NCBI GenBank assembly: GCA_943356415.1
Contig: CALREW010000001.1
Location: forward strand, 357,745 to 421,744
Direction of reading: 5' to 3'
Length of the DNA stretch: 64,000 nucleotides
Source of the DNA: Candidatus Nomurabacteria bacterium
GTDB taxonomy: Bacteria > Patescibacteriota > Minisyncoccia > Phycocordibacterales > SBAW01
Shown: positions 1 through 9,418 of the stretch, in pieces
Position numbering within the stretch: the first letter of the stretch is position 1
Layout of the letters: each line of letters starts with the position of its first letter
Translations under genes and position numbers: made by a program
The notes under the pieces: generated by a model
Seen by the model: the letters and a program-made list of their open reading frames with translations, nothing else
Database searches by the model: none
What the model was told of the DNA's origin: nothing

Positions 1-266
1 TCAATCGTGATATGTCCTCCATTGGCACCATGTCGACTGCGATTTTCACCAGGGCCCCCGTTCCCTGCAGCAAAAAGCTTCTCGCCGGTGTATCGCGAAA
101 GGATGCTGACGTCACGCACCGCACGTACATATACGTTGCCGCCGCGGCCGCCGTTGCCACCCGCGGGTCCGGAATATTCCTTACCTTTAAGGTGGAGCCA
201 GCGAACGACGCCGTCACCGCCACGGCCCGCGCGAGCGTGGATTATTAGTTCATCTACAAATGCCAT
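1..266 (-). CDS. obgE: GTPase Obg/CgtA, N-terminal part (runs off window edge)
   Basis: Manual translation from ATG at 266: MAFVDELIIHARAGRGGDGVVRW...GPAGGNGGRGGNVY, the glycine-rich Obg domain. Not in the ORF track because it is truncated by the window. Confidence 0.93.
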   Translation of the reverse strand, partial: MAFVDELIIHARAGRGGDGVVRWLHLKGKEYSGPAGGNGGRGGNVYVRAVRDVSILSRYTGEKLFAAGNGGPGENRSRHGANGGHITI

Positions 267-313
267 ATATGGTCAGTAGAGCGGAGCTTACACGAGTTTG
301 CCCTACGAAGCGA

Positions 314-652
314 CTACCCGAGTAGGTGATCAACAATGTATGAGACGGCGGACAGTATCGCGGATCCAACAACTGCCGGAATGATGCCGTCAACAACAAA
401 CCCTGGAACAACGTATGTCATCGCAAAGAAAAGAATTGCGTTGAGGACAAACGAGAACAGTCCGAGCGTAATCAGCGTCAGTGGAAATGTAAGAACTTTG
501 AGTACCGGTCGAACGAGCATAACGATAAGTGACCAGACCGCAGCAACGATAAGTATCGTCTCTGTGGTACTAACGTGAATACCATTGATATAGGTCGCGA
601 TGGCATAGACTGCCGCCGCAACAGCCAAGAATCTAATGACTAGCTTAATCAT
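314..652 (-). CDS. YvlD/DUF360 four-TM membrane protein (phage holin superfamily IV)
   Basis: 112 aa hydrophobic protein with RPVLKVLTFPLTLITLGLFSFVLNA motif. Confidence 0.85.
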   Translation of the reverse strand: MIKLVIRFLAVAAAVYAIATYINGIHVSTTETILIVAAVWSLIVMLVRPVLKVLTFPLTLITLGLFSFVLNAILFFAMTYVVPGFVVDGIIPAVVGSAILSAVSYIVDHLLG

Positions 653-695
653 CTAAATAGTTTAACAGATGTTTTTCCCCTATTCCTCGTCAACA

Positions 696-813
696 CCTGA
701 GATAAAAGGCTCAGATGCAAGGCGTGGGGATGAGCGCGAGGAGGCGTATCTCTGTGCATACGGTGACGAGTCCGTGGGGACCCACAACGCAGCAGGTGTG
801 CCTTTTAGACAGG
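696..813. repeat. MITE/REP-like palindromic intergenic element
   Basis: Imperfect terminal inverted repeats CCTGAGATAAAAGGC / GCCTTTTAGACAGG enclosing GATGCAAGGCG...GAGGCGTA...TACG...CAACGCAGCAG. Confidence 0.5.
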
Positions 814-817
814 CGGC

Positions 818-1600
818 TTATTGGCGAAGACCTAAGCCCTTGCGGATCAAATACCAGTTTATGGAAACCAACACCACAATCATTGTTCCCAATATCGCTA
901 CCGATATCCACAACGATACGTCTGCCGTTCCTAAAAATCCGTAACGGAAGCCGTTGATGAGATAAAACAGCGGGTTCGCGTACGTAATAGCCTGCCACCA
1001 CGCTGGGAGCGAGTGCACAGAGTAGAACACGCCACCGAGGTACACGAGCGGTGTGAGCACAAATGTCGGCACCAAATTAATGCCATCTATCGACTTCGCG
1101 TAGATACCGTTAACCAGACCAGCCAGCGCAAACACCAAACATGTCAGTAGCGCGAACCCGAGAATAATGAGTGCGCTGTGGACGGAGAGCGAGAGCTCAG
1201 TGAAAAATACGGAAACGAGGAGCACGATGGCACCTGTGAGCAGGCCGCGTATCAATCCCCCGCCGATAAAACCCGCAATCATCACCCACGGCGGCGTTGG
1301 AGAAACTAAAATCTCATCGATGGAGCGGGCGAAGAATTTCGACGAGAAGAAGGTGAAAGACGTATTGGAGTAGGATGTCGTCACTATCGAGAGCATGACA
1401 AGTCCTGGTACGACGAAGGTCATATACGGGACCCCCTGCATGTCGCCAATGCGGGAGCCCAGTACGGTCCCAAACACAAGGAAGTAGAGGACCGAAGTAA
1501 CTACGGAAGGGAGAAACGTCTGGACCCAGATGCGGAACATGCGTACGACGTCACGTCGTACCATGGTGTAAAAGGAAATCCAGCGTCGGTAATTATTCAT
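818..1600 (-). CDS. ABC-2 type transporter permease (YadH-like)
   Basis: RIWVQTFLPSVVTSVLYFLVFG, YMTFVVPGL, TPLVYLGGVFYS, NPLFYLINGFRYG. Start moved to ATG 1600, just after the ATPase stop. Confidence 0.9.
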   Translation of the reverse strand: MNNYRRWISFYTMVRRDVVRMFRIWVQTFLPSVVTSVLYFLVFGTVLGSRIGDMQGVPYMTFVVPGLVMLSIVTTSYSNTSFTFFSSKFFARSIDEILVSPTPPWVMIAGFIGGGLIRGLLTGAIVLLVSVFFTELSLSVHSALIILGFALLTCLVFALAGLVNGIYAKSIDGINLVPTFVLTPLVYLGGVFYSVHSLPAWWQAITYANPLFYLINGFRYGFLGTADVSLWISVAILGTMIVVLVSINWYLIRKGLGLRQ

Positions 1601-1601
1601 A

Positions 1602-2357
1602 TTATTTATCAGAGGTGAGCATGAGGAACACCTCTTCGAGCTTGCCTCCGCGATACCCGTCTTTCGATTCAGAGCCGTCATGCATCGCAAGAATCTCTTG
1701 CATTGAACCTTGGGCAGCAATCTCTCCTTTATTGATGATGGCCACATGCGATGCCAACTGTTCAGCCTCTTCAAGGTAGTGAGTGGTGAGCAGTACGGTG
1801 AGACCTCCGGCAGTAAGCTTCTTTAGGTAATCCCACATCGAACGGCGCAGCTCAACGTCAACACCCGCCGTTGGTTCGTCGAGGATGAGGAATCGTGGCT
1901 CGTGCACAAGCGCACGCGCAATCATCAAACGTCTTTTCATGCCACCACTAAGCGTCAATCCACTCTGGTACATCTTCTCGCCAAGACCAAGATCCTCGAG
2001 AAGCTGTTTTGCACGAGGAATGGCCTTTGAGCGCGGGATACCGTAGTAGCCAGCTTGGTTGACGACAATATCAAATGGCTTTTCAAATGGATTGAAATTG
2101 AGCTCTTGTCCCACAAGACCAAGCTGCGCCTTGGCCTCCTCTGGATTTTTGTCTATGTCATAGCCAAAGACCGAGACGGTGCCTCCGGTTTTATTGACCA
2201 GCCCTGTGGCAATGCCGATAAGCGTCGTTTTTCCAGCCCCATTGGGACCGAGGAGTGCGAAAAAGTCTCCTTCGGGTATTTCAAGCGAAACGCCCTTCAG
2301 CGCTTCGGTACCGGAAGCGTATTTTTTGGTGAGATTAGAAACGGAGAGTGCCTGCAT
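1602..2357 (-). CDS. ABC transporter ATP-binding protein (YadG-like)
   Basis: Walker A GPNGAGKTT, signature LSGGMKRR, Walker B LILDEPT, H-loop TTHY. Confidence 0.93.
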   Translation of the reverse strand: MQALSVSNLTKKYASGTEALKGVSLEIPEGDFFALLGPNGAGKTTLIGIATGLVNKTGGTVSVFGYDIDKNPEEAKAQLGLVGQELNFNPFEKPFDIVVNQAGYYGIPRSKAIPRAKQLLEDLGLGEKMYQSGLTLSGGMKRRLMIARALVHEPRFLILDEPTAGVDVELRRSMWDYLKKLTAGGLTVLLTTHYLEEAEQLASHVAIINKGEIAAQGSMQEILAMHDGSESKDGYRGGKLEEVFLMLTSDK

Positions 2358-2386
2358 GGGGGGCAGTATACAGGAAATGTTCTCTT

Positions 2387-2812
2387 CTAACGAATACGGT
2401 CACGTATGGAGGCAAGAAATGCAACATCTTTAGGATGAGTGAGCAATGAAAGCGCTTCATCAATAGTTACCCATCGCGCTTCAGTTATCTCTCCGTCGGG
2501 GTCAGACGGCTTCAGCTCATGTTCGGTTGTTTTAAAAAGGAAAAACGTGCGGTGCCCCATTGGCCGATCATGATCCTCGCCTACTCCGCCATGCGCTATG
2601 GAATACCGCTCGTACGCTCCAAGTTCTTTAATAAGCTCTAACTCCTTAATGCCTGTTTCCTCTTCTATTTCCCGGTGTGCGCACTCAACAAGCAACTCTC
2701 CCTCCTCAATTCCACCCTTTGGCAATGACCAAGAATTGCTATGCTGACGCACCAGCACGATGCGACCATCTTCTCCAAGCACTACCCCTCCGGCAGAAAT
2801 GCGCGGATTCAT
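2387..2812 (-). CDS. NUDIX hydrolase
   Basis: Nudix box GGIEEGELLVECAHREIEEETGI. Confidence 0.9.
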   Translation of the reverse strand: MNPRISAGGVVLGEDGRIVLVRQHSNSWSLPKGGIEEGELLVECAHREIEEETGIKELELIKELGAYERYSIAHGGVGEDHDRPMGHRTFFLFKTTEHELKPSDPDGEITEARWVTIDEALSLLTHPKDVAFLASIRDRIR

Positions 2813-5283
2813 GCGCTCTGTGTAGGATGCAATCGACTCTGATGTTCTTCAGTATTAAGAAGTCCGCACTGTTTCCATTTCTTCCCCGAACCGCACGGGC
2901 AGGGGTCGTTACGTCCGATGTCGTCGGGAGTCCCTGCTGGCAGGCTCGGAATGGTAGCGCTCGATTGCATGCTAAGCGCGCCCGGCATGATAGAGAGGCG
3001 CAGAATAAGTTCAACCGTCTGAGCTGATGAAGATGCCTCCATATCTTTAAAGAGCCTCAATCCTTCTTTGCGGTATTCAATAAGTGGGTCTCTCTGGCCG
3101 TAGGCGCGCAAGTTAACGCTTGAACGTAAGTAATCCATTGCTTCAAGGTGCTCGAGCCAGAAGAGGTCGCTTGTCTGGAGCGCAATGCGGCGAGACGCTT
3201 CCAAGAATGCATCAGTGCCGATGTCGGCTTCCTTCTTCTTGAGTTGCTCGAGGGCGTCCGGACTGAGACGCAAAGCAAACTCTTCCAAAACTTTGCGCAC
3301 TTCGTCTGCCGTACCGGTGAGCATGATGCGACGGCGAGAATAGATGGAGACGCGCTGTTTGTTGAGAACATCGTCAAACTCAAGCACGTGTTTGCGTGCA
3401 TCGAAGTGGTGACCTTCTATTTTGGTCTGCGCTGACTCAAGCGAGCGACTGATAACGCGATTGGCAATCGGTTCATCCTCGGGGATACCGAACGACCCCA
3501 TCATTCGTTTGATGGTGTCTGAGGCAAAAATGCGCATCAGGTCATCGGTAAGTGCGACATAAAACTGCGTCTCGCCTGGGTCTCCTTGACGACCAGAGCG
3601 GCCACGCAACTGATTGTCGATGCGTCGAGCTTCGTGTCGCTCAGTTCCCACGACAAAGAGTCCGCCGAGTCGCTTCACTTCTTCATATTCCTCAATAGTC
3701 GCTGGTATACCACCAAGCTTGATGTCGACACCGCGGCCGGCCATGTTGGTTGCGACGGTGACTTTCCCCTTTTTGCCTGCCTGAGCGACTATTTCTCCTT
3801 CGCGCTCATGATTCTTTGCATTAAGGATTTCGTGCGGCACCCCTTCTTTCGTAAGGTAGGCCGAGAGAAGCTCGTTTTTCTCTATAGATACCGTACCAAC
3901 AAGAACCGGCTGCCCTTTTTGATGCAATTCTTTTACTTTGCGAGCAAGGGCTTTAAATTTGCCCTCTTCCGTCTGGAAGATAAGGTCGTCACGATCGATA
4001 CGTGCGGCGGGGCGATTTGAAGGTATCTCAACCGTCTCGAGCTTGTAGACTTTGTAAAACTCCTCACGAGAGGTCGACGCGGTACCTGTCATTCCCGCAA
4101 GCTTTCCATACATACGGAAATAGTTTTGGTACGTGACTGAAGCATAGGTGCGCGATTCCTTCTGTACTGGAACGCCTTCTTTTGCTTCAACCGCTTGGTG
4201 CAACCCTTCAGACCAACGGCGACCAGGCTGCAGTTTGCCCGTAAATTCATCAACAATGACGACCTCGCCGTCGCGCACTACATATTGATTGTCCTTTTTA
4301 TAGAGCGCTTTGGCTCGTACCGCGGTCTCAAGGTGATGGACGTACTTGATGCCTTTTTCGGTATAGATATTGTCTATACCCATGGCCTTTTCAGCCGATT
4401 CGATGCCCTGGTCACTCAATTTGACCGAACGATGCTTCTCATCAACCTCATAATCTGCTCCTTCAGAGAGTCGCTCTGCTATTTTGGCAAACGTCTTATA
4501 GAGTTCGTCACCGTCGGAAGATGGTGCCGAAATAATAAGCGGCGTACGAGACTCGTCGATAAGAATGGAGTCCACCTCGTCCACAATTGCAAAGTGGTGG
4601 TCCCGCTGGCGCAACTCTCCTACTTGATAGGCAATATTGTCACGAAGGTAGTCAAAGCCAAATTCGCTATTGGTTCCATACGTTATGTCAGCCAAATAGG
4701 CTTCGCGACGCGAACATGGGCGCAAAAACTCATAAAATACCTTGAACGAACCCTCTTCATCACGCATCTCATCGGTCTCGATATGTCCTGCATCATAAAG
4801 ATACGACGTCTCGTGATTTATAACGGCAAGCGAGAGTCCAAGTGCGGCGTACACCTGCCCCATCCACACCGCATCGCGTCGTGCGAGATAATCATTCACC
4901 GTGATAACGTGCACTCCCTTTCCTTCAAGTGCGTTGAGATAAGCCGGCAACGTTGCAACCAGTGTTTTACCTTCGCCGGTTTTCATTTCGGCAATTGCAT
5001 GTCGATGCAAGACAAAACCACCGATAAGCTGTACGTCAAAATGACGCAGACCCATCGTGCGTCGGCCCGCTTCGCGCACCGCTGCAAACGCCTCAGGCAA
5101 TAGCTGATCAATCGTTTCCCCTTTCGCGAGGCGTTCTCGGAAATACGGGGTGAGGCCTTTAAGCGCTTCGTCACTTAATCCCTTCATTTTCTCCTCGTAG
5201 GAGGCAACTTTAGGCACGATTGCCTCTGCCTCCTTGCGCAGGCGGTTTTCATCAAAAGAAAAAAGTTTTCCGAGGAGCGTCAT
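2809..5283 (-). CDS. secA: Preprotein translocase ATPase SecA
   Basis: EMKTGEGKT, DEVDSILIDE, ATNMAGRG, RRIDNQLRGRSGRQGDPG and C-terminal SEC-C motif GRNDPCPCGSGKKWKQC. Confidence 0.98.
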   Translation of the reverse strand: MTLLGKLFSFDENRLRKEAEAIVPKVASYEEKMKGLSDEALKGLTPYFRERLAKGETIDQLLPEAFAAVREAGRRTMGLRHFDVQLIGGFVLHRHAIAEMKTGEGKTLVATLPAYLNALEGKGVHVITVNDYLARRDAVWMGQVYAALGLSLAVINHETSYLYDAGHIETDEMRDEEGSFKVFYEFLRPCSRREAYLADITYGTNSEFGFDYLRDNIAYQVGELRQRDHHFAIVDEVDSILIDESRTPLIISAPSSDGDELYKTFAKIAERLSEGADYEVDEKHRSVKLSDQGIESAEKAMGIDNIYTEKGIKYVHHLETAVRAKALYKKDNQYVVRDGEVVIVDEFTGKLQPGRRWSEGLHQAVEAKEGVPVQKESRTYASVTYQNYFRMYGKLAGMTGTASTSREEFYKVYKLETVEIPSNRPAARIDRDDLIFQTEEGKFKALARKVKELHQKGQPVLVGTVSIEKNELLSAYLTKEGVPHEILNAKNHEREGEIVAQAGKKGKVTVATNMAGRGVDIKLGGIPATIEEYEEVKRLGGLFVVGTERHEARRIDNQLRGRSGRQGDPGETQFYVALTDDLMRIFASDTIKRMMGSFGIPEDEPIANRVISRSLESAQTKIEGHHFDARKHVLEFDDVLNKQRVSIYSRRRIMLTGTADEVRKVLEEFALRLSPDALEQLKKKEADIGTDAFLEASRRIALQTSDLFWLEHLEAMDYLRSSVNLRAYGQRDPLIEYRKEGLRLFKDMEASSSAQTVELILRLSIMPGALSMQSSATIPSLPAGTPDDIGRNDPCPCGSGKKWKQCGLLNTEEHQSRLHPTQSA

Positions 5284-5298
5284 TACGGGGCTAGCATA

Positions 5299-5333
5299 AC
5301 AAAAAACACCCCGCCGAGCGAGGTGTTTTTTGT
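5299..5333. terminator. Bidirectional intrinsic terminator downstream of small basic ORF
   Basis: ACAAAAAACACC-CCGCCGAGCGA-GGTGTTTTTTGT inverted repeat with A/T tails. Confidence 0.75.
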
Positions 5334-5344
5334 CGTGCCTGAGA

Positions 5345-5410
5345 TTAGGCGCGGCGGCGAGACTTCTTTGCAGCCTTCTTCTTCTTTGCGGCCTTCTTTT
5401 TCTTTGCCAT
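5345..5410 (-). CDS. 21-aa lysine/alanine/arginine-rich micro-protein (MAKKKKAAKKKKAAKKSRRRA)
   Basis: Manual translation ATG(5410)...TAA(5345), below the ORF-track cutoff. Has its own terminator and a candidate upstream promoter. Confidence 0.7.
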   Translation of the reverse strand: MAKKKKAAKKKKAAKKSRRRA

Positions 5411-5506
5411 AGTGGTAGCGTTTTTTGTAGTTCTGCATCGATCGACCTCGCGTTGTGCGCATGTGTGATACATGTGCGCAGGCGTATTGTTCGATGTCTT
5501 GCTCTA

Positions 5507-5562
5507 AGTATCGCGCGTGCACACCTTCGTTACAATGCATTGCACGATTTTTTTGTGGATAA
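5507..5562 (-). promoter_or_regulatory. Candidate promoter (TTGTAA-N17-GATACT) with perfect DnaA box TTATCCACA upstream
   Basis: TGTGGATAA at 5554-5562; -35 at 5530-5535 and -10 at 5507-5512 on the minus strand. Confidence 0.5.
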
Positions 5563-5610
5563 CTTCGCGCGATGTTTTTTTGCGCGCATGTTCCAAAAAA
5601 CTATTTTATT

Positions 5611-6648
5611 TCAAAGCGTATTGCCCATCTGCGCACCGTGCATGATAACTACTTCCGGTTCAAGTTCTATGTTAACCAGTGCAAAAACTTTTTCTTTAAC
5701 TTCGAGTGCGAGATTCCGCACGTCACGCGCAGACGCTCCACGATCTGCAACAAGTGCGAGTGCTTGTTTTTCAAAGAGTCTCACCGTGCCGCGACGGTAC
5801 CCGCGCAATCCAAGCGCATGATCAAGAAGCCACGCGACAGGTATTTTTATTTCATCAGTTTCTGGCACTGGAAATACGGGCAATCCAGGAAAACGCGCAA
5901 TAAGTGCGTCGGCCTGCACCCGCTCTACACTCGGATTTCTAAAAAATGAACCGGCAGTCCCTTCGCGAGAGAGGTCTGGGAATTTGCCTGCACGTATGGC
6001 AACGACCGCCTCACGCACTTCTTGCAGTGAAGGCGCGGTGTCAGTAAAACGCTCCCGCAAATCGCGGTATGCAGTATTGGCACTACCTTCATGAGAGAGC
6101 TCAAACTGCACTCCGAGTATGACGAAGCGGTTAGGGTTTTTCTTGAACATCGATATGCGGTAGCCGAAGCCACACTCAGCCTTTGTGATGCGTCGGACTA
6201 ACATCGCCTGGCGATCGAACACATCAACAAATGAGAGATGCTGGGAAAGTGCAGCTCCGTATGCCCCAATATTTTGCACAATAGCACCACCAATACTTCC
6301 CGGTATTGCTGAGAGATTTTCAAGACCCCACAACCCGCGTTTTACTGACTCATCAACAAGAGCATCCCACGACACGGACGCTCCTGCATTAACCTCTACG
6401 ATGTTATTCCCTTCAGTGAAAGAAAGGTCATTAAAACGAGGAGCTATAAAAACACCCTCAGCTTCACCATCATCTGCAAGGATGTTTGCTCCCCCTCCGA
6501 TAACGACAACTGGGAGTTTCTTCTGTTCTGCAAATAAGAACGCTTCCCCTATTTCCTCAGGAGTTGCAACTTCAATAAAATAGCGAGCGCTGCCACCGAC
6601 CATAAACGTCGTTCGAGGAGCAAGCGGTTCGTGTTCGAGAATAGTCAT
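5611..6648 (-). CDS. murB: UDP-N-acetylenolpyruvoylglucosamine reductase
   Basis: TTFMVGG, IGGGANIL, IPGSIGGAIVQNIGAYG, FGYR, AGSFFRNP, LEPEV. Confidence 0.95.
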   Translation of the reverse strand: MTILEHEPLAPRTTFMVGGSARYFIEVATPEEIGEAFLFAEQKKLPVVVIGGGANILADDGEAEGVFIAPRFNDLSFTEGNNIVEVNAGASVSWDALVDESVKRGLWGLENLSAIPGSIGGAIVQNIGAYGAALSQHLSFVDVFDRQAMLVRRITKAECGFGYRISMFKKNPNRFVILGVQFELSHEGSANTAYRDLRERFTDTAPSLQEVREAVVAIRAGKFPDLSREGTAGSFFRNPSVERVQADALIARFPGLPVFPVPETDEIKIPVAWLLDHALGLRGYRRGTVRLFEKQALALVADRGASARDVRNLALEVKEKVFALVNIELEPEVVIMHGAQMGNTL

Positions 6649-6672
6649 GAACGGCGCCTGAGGAGCAACTAG

Positions 6673-8886
6673 CTAGAGGTTTCCGCCAAGCTCACGCGCA
6701 ACTTGCGAGAGCGCCTCACGGTACTGCGGAGCTTTCTGCGCCGCCAAACGGAGCGTTGCAATAGCAGAGGGGAGATTCCCGGACTCTTTTTGAGCAACCG
6801 CGTACGACACCAGTTTTTGTATATTGTCTGGATCAGCCGAAACCTTCATCTTCCATATCGCGGCGACCTTATCGAACTCCTCTGCACGCACGTACGCGGT
6901 CAGTAGCCGACTGTCGTCAATAACGTCAGTACCGAACCATCCGGTAAGGAGTTTTTCTCCTTCGTCAGCCTGTTCATTCATGATAAGTGCCGAGGCGTAG
7001 AAAATGCGCGCCTCCCTAAACTCAGGCGCAAGCTCATATGCCGCACGGGTGACCTCAACTGCTTTTTGTAGATTGCCTGTCTGTGCGTAGTTATTAAACG
7101 CCGTTTCAAACGAGATCCATTGTTTTGCAGGCGAAAGCTCGTGCGCACGCAGTAGATGCGGGAGTGCCTCACTGTACGCACCAGCCTGATCAAGGAAGGC
7201 ACCGTAGAAAAGCTCGAGACGGGCATCGTCGGGACGCTCGGCAAGCATGGCTAGACCCCGCTCCTTCGCAAGTGCGATGAAGCCCGCTCGGATATCCGGC
7301 GACACGTTTTGATTCGCACTTATTACCGCCGTTGCCTGAAACAATTGTTCAATCGCTTCTTGTCGGCCAAGTGGTCCACTCAACGCTACCGTCTTAAACG
7401 ACTCGAGGTTTTCTTTTGGGTCTTTTGCAACCTGCACACTTTGACCGAGTGAGTTCTTTCCAATCTTGGCTGAAGAAATAGCATCGATCAATTGGTGCGA
7501 TGTGGTAATGCCTGGAACATTTAGATACCAGACGGCTGCACACGTCAGTACGACGCTCGCTGCACCGGTGAGCCACAAGAAACCTCCTGTGACCGGGCGC
7601 GTGAGCACAATACTCGAAGGAAGCGGCCGACGCGTGAGTGAGTGTGCGAGCGCGAGTATAAGGAAGAAGTACATTGAACTTACCAAGTTGTCGAAGACAA
7701 AGAATGAGTGAAATGCGTACGCGGCAATAAGTCCGATAAGTATCGAACGCTCGGCGACAGTAAGTCCTGGACCTTTAAAGAATGCCCAAAACGCAAGCGC
7801 AAAGAGGCTTATAAAGGCAGCGAATGCGACAACACCTCCCGCAACGAGCCAATCAATGTACTCGCTGTGCGCACGATCGAACCACTGCTCCTGCCCATAC
7901 ATCTGCGGGTTGTAGTACTTGTTGAAGACATAACTAAAGTTTTCCTGACCCCAACCAAGTATTGGGTGTTCCTTAAATCCCTCGTACGCCATGCCCCAAA
8001 TCATGAAGCGCGCCTTGATGGTTGTTTCGGTAGCAGAAATAGTGGCGAAGCGACTTAACACTGGATTGCGCTGAACTGCCGGCAGATTGTGAACCGCAAC
8101 AAATCCGACAACAATGAGACCTATTGCAACGAGTACCCCGATAGCCCATTTCCTGAGTGCCGGACGGCTCGTATCAAAAAGCCCTATGCCAAGTGCTGCC
8201 ACAATCAAGCCTCCAAGAAGGCCGAGTGTCGCACTGCGAGTCGCTGTGTAATAGAGCGCCACCGCATCAAGCACAATCGCGAGACCGTAGAGATATTGGA
8301 CGAAGCGAGGGCCTCTCCAGCGCATCATAAGGAACAACCCAATGAATACATGGAAGAGCATGTACACCGCCATATAAATAGCATTGCCAAACGTGCCATC
8401 TACGCGTATGCCGCCCTGGTTAATAACGAAGGCGCCACTCACTTGCAAGATTCCATAGACGCTCATGCAAAACGAGGCGAAAAGTGACGTCTGCAAGAAC
8501 CGCTCCCACAACTTCTCGGTAGAAAGCAATATGGTCACCACAAAGAACCACAAACCCATGTGAAGGGTGCCTATAAGCCCTTCCATGCGCTCAAAATTGC
8601 TCCAGAAGCTCTTTATAGGGTCAACACTGCCTATTGTGGCGAGTATCGCGGCTGCCATAAGGGAAAGTACGGCAATGCCTACCCAGGAAAATCGAGGGCG
8701 GTATTCCGGGTAACGCAGGGCCAAGATAAGGGTTCCTCCGGCAAGGAGCTCAATCAAGATACGGAATGCGAAGTTCTTCCCCGTAATAAACGGGAAAAAC
8801 ATACCATCGGCCACAAAAAACGGTATAAGAAAAACGCTAAAGAGGCCGGTGAGAAGTGTTATTCTCAGCAGATTTTTAGTCTCCAT
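6673..8886 (-). CDS. O-antigen ligase (Wzy_C) family membrane protein with C-terminal TPR-like region
   Basis: Multi-TM, GTFGNAIY, TATRSA, RFMIW...HPILGWGQENF, DRAHSEY; helical repeat C-terminus. Confidence 0.85.
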   Translation of the reverse strand: METKNLLRITLLTGLFSVFLIPFFVADGMFFPFITGKNFAFRILIELLAGGTLILALRYPEYRPRFSWVGIAVLSLMAAAILATIGSVDPIKSFWSNFERMEGLIGTLHMGLWFFVVTILLSTEKLWERFLQTSLFASFCMSVYGILQVSGAFVINQGGIRVDGTFGNAIYMAVYMLFHVFIGLFLMMRWRGPRFVQYLYGLAIVLDAVALYYTATRSATLGLLGGLIVAALGIGLFDTSRPALRKWAIGVLVAIGLIVVGFVAVHNLPAVQRNPVLSRFATISATETTIKARFMIWGMAYEGFKEHPILGWGQENFSYVFNKYYNPQMYGQEQWFDRAHSEYIDWLVAGGVVAFAAFISLFALAFWAFFKGPGLTVAERSILIGLIAAYAFHSFFVFDNLVSSMYFFLILALAHSLTRRPLPSSIVLTRPVTGGFLWLTGAASVVLTCAAVWYLNVPGITTSHQLIDAISSAKIGKNSLGQSVQVAKDPKENLESFKTVALSGPLGRQEAIEQLFQATAVISANQNVSPDIRAGFIALAKERGLAMLAERPDDARLELFYGAFLDQAGAYSEALPHLLRAHELSPAKQWISFETAFNNYAQTGNLQKAVEVTRAAYELAPEFREARIFYASALIMNEQADEGEKLLTGWFGTDVIDDSRLLTAYVRAEEFDKVAAIWKMKVSADPDNIQKLVSYAVAQKESGNLPSAIATLRLAAQKAPQYREALSQVARELGGNL

Positions 8887-8938
8887 GTGGCCATACTATA
8901 CCACCATCAAGTCAGCGACCATCAACGACTGCTTATGC

Positions 8939-9418
8939 TCACGATTGAGGCGTATGAGGAAGTGGTGCCGTTTTTTCTTCGCGAAAAAGGACAAATTTGA
9001 AGAGGAGGAACGTCACGACCGAAAAAATAAGGATGACTGAAGCAATGACCACAAGGTACCAATTAACACCGACGAACGCGGTGACGTGTTTGACGACGTA
9101 CGCCTGCACATACGTCAACACAAGTGAGTAGACCAAGAAAATGACGAGTCGACGCGTATGATCACCTTTTGTTTTAAAGGTGACAGCCGTATGCAGCACA
9201 AAATTGTAGAGAAGATTCGCCGCAAGGCCAATAAGATAGGCTGAAAAATAGTGTTCGCGCCCAAATACCAGCTCAGCAAAAGCGGCCGTGATACCGAGAT
9301 TGATAGCCACTCCTGTCGCTCCAACAACAAAAAAGTGAAGATACCGCGTACGCACAAGCAGGCGATACCACCATAGTGGATTAAAAAACTCAGCGGACGG
9401 ACGGTCAGTAGTCGTCAT
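8939..9418 (-). CDS. GtrA-family lipid-linked sugar flippase
   Basis: FFVVGATGVAINL...NFVLH...TF, four TM helices, FLLFKFVLF end. Confidence 0.85.
   Translation of the reverse strand: MTTTDRPSAEFFNPLWWYRLLVRTRYLHFFVVGATGVAINLGITAAFAELVFGREHYFSAYLIGLAANLLYNFVLHTAVTFKTKGDHTRRLVIFLVYSLVLTYVQAYVVKHVTAFVGVNWYLVVIASVILIFSVVTFLLFKFVLFREEKTAPLPHTPQS

Noticed and set aside
7-279. Plus-strand ORFs 7-279 and 12-248
   Set aside because: Shadows of the obgE 5' end on the minus strand.
314-652. Holin-family gene as evidence of a prophage
   Set aside because: YvlD/DUF360 proteins are common chromosomal genes, and no phage genes are nearby.
4195-5103. 302-aa antisense ORF in secA (and 14686-16140 opposite the oxidoreductase)
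   Set aside because: No motifs; typical antisense shadow of a well-supported gene.
5283-5540. 85-aa ORF spanning the secA-murB gap
   Set aside because: It reads through a terminator; the 21-aa basic ORF in another frame explains the AAG repeats better.
5554-5562. DnaA box as oriC
   Set aside because: Single box, with no cluster, clear DUE or dnaA/dnaN nearby.
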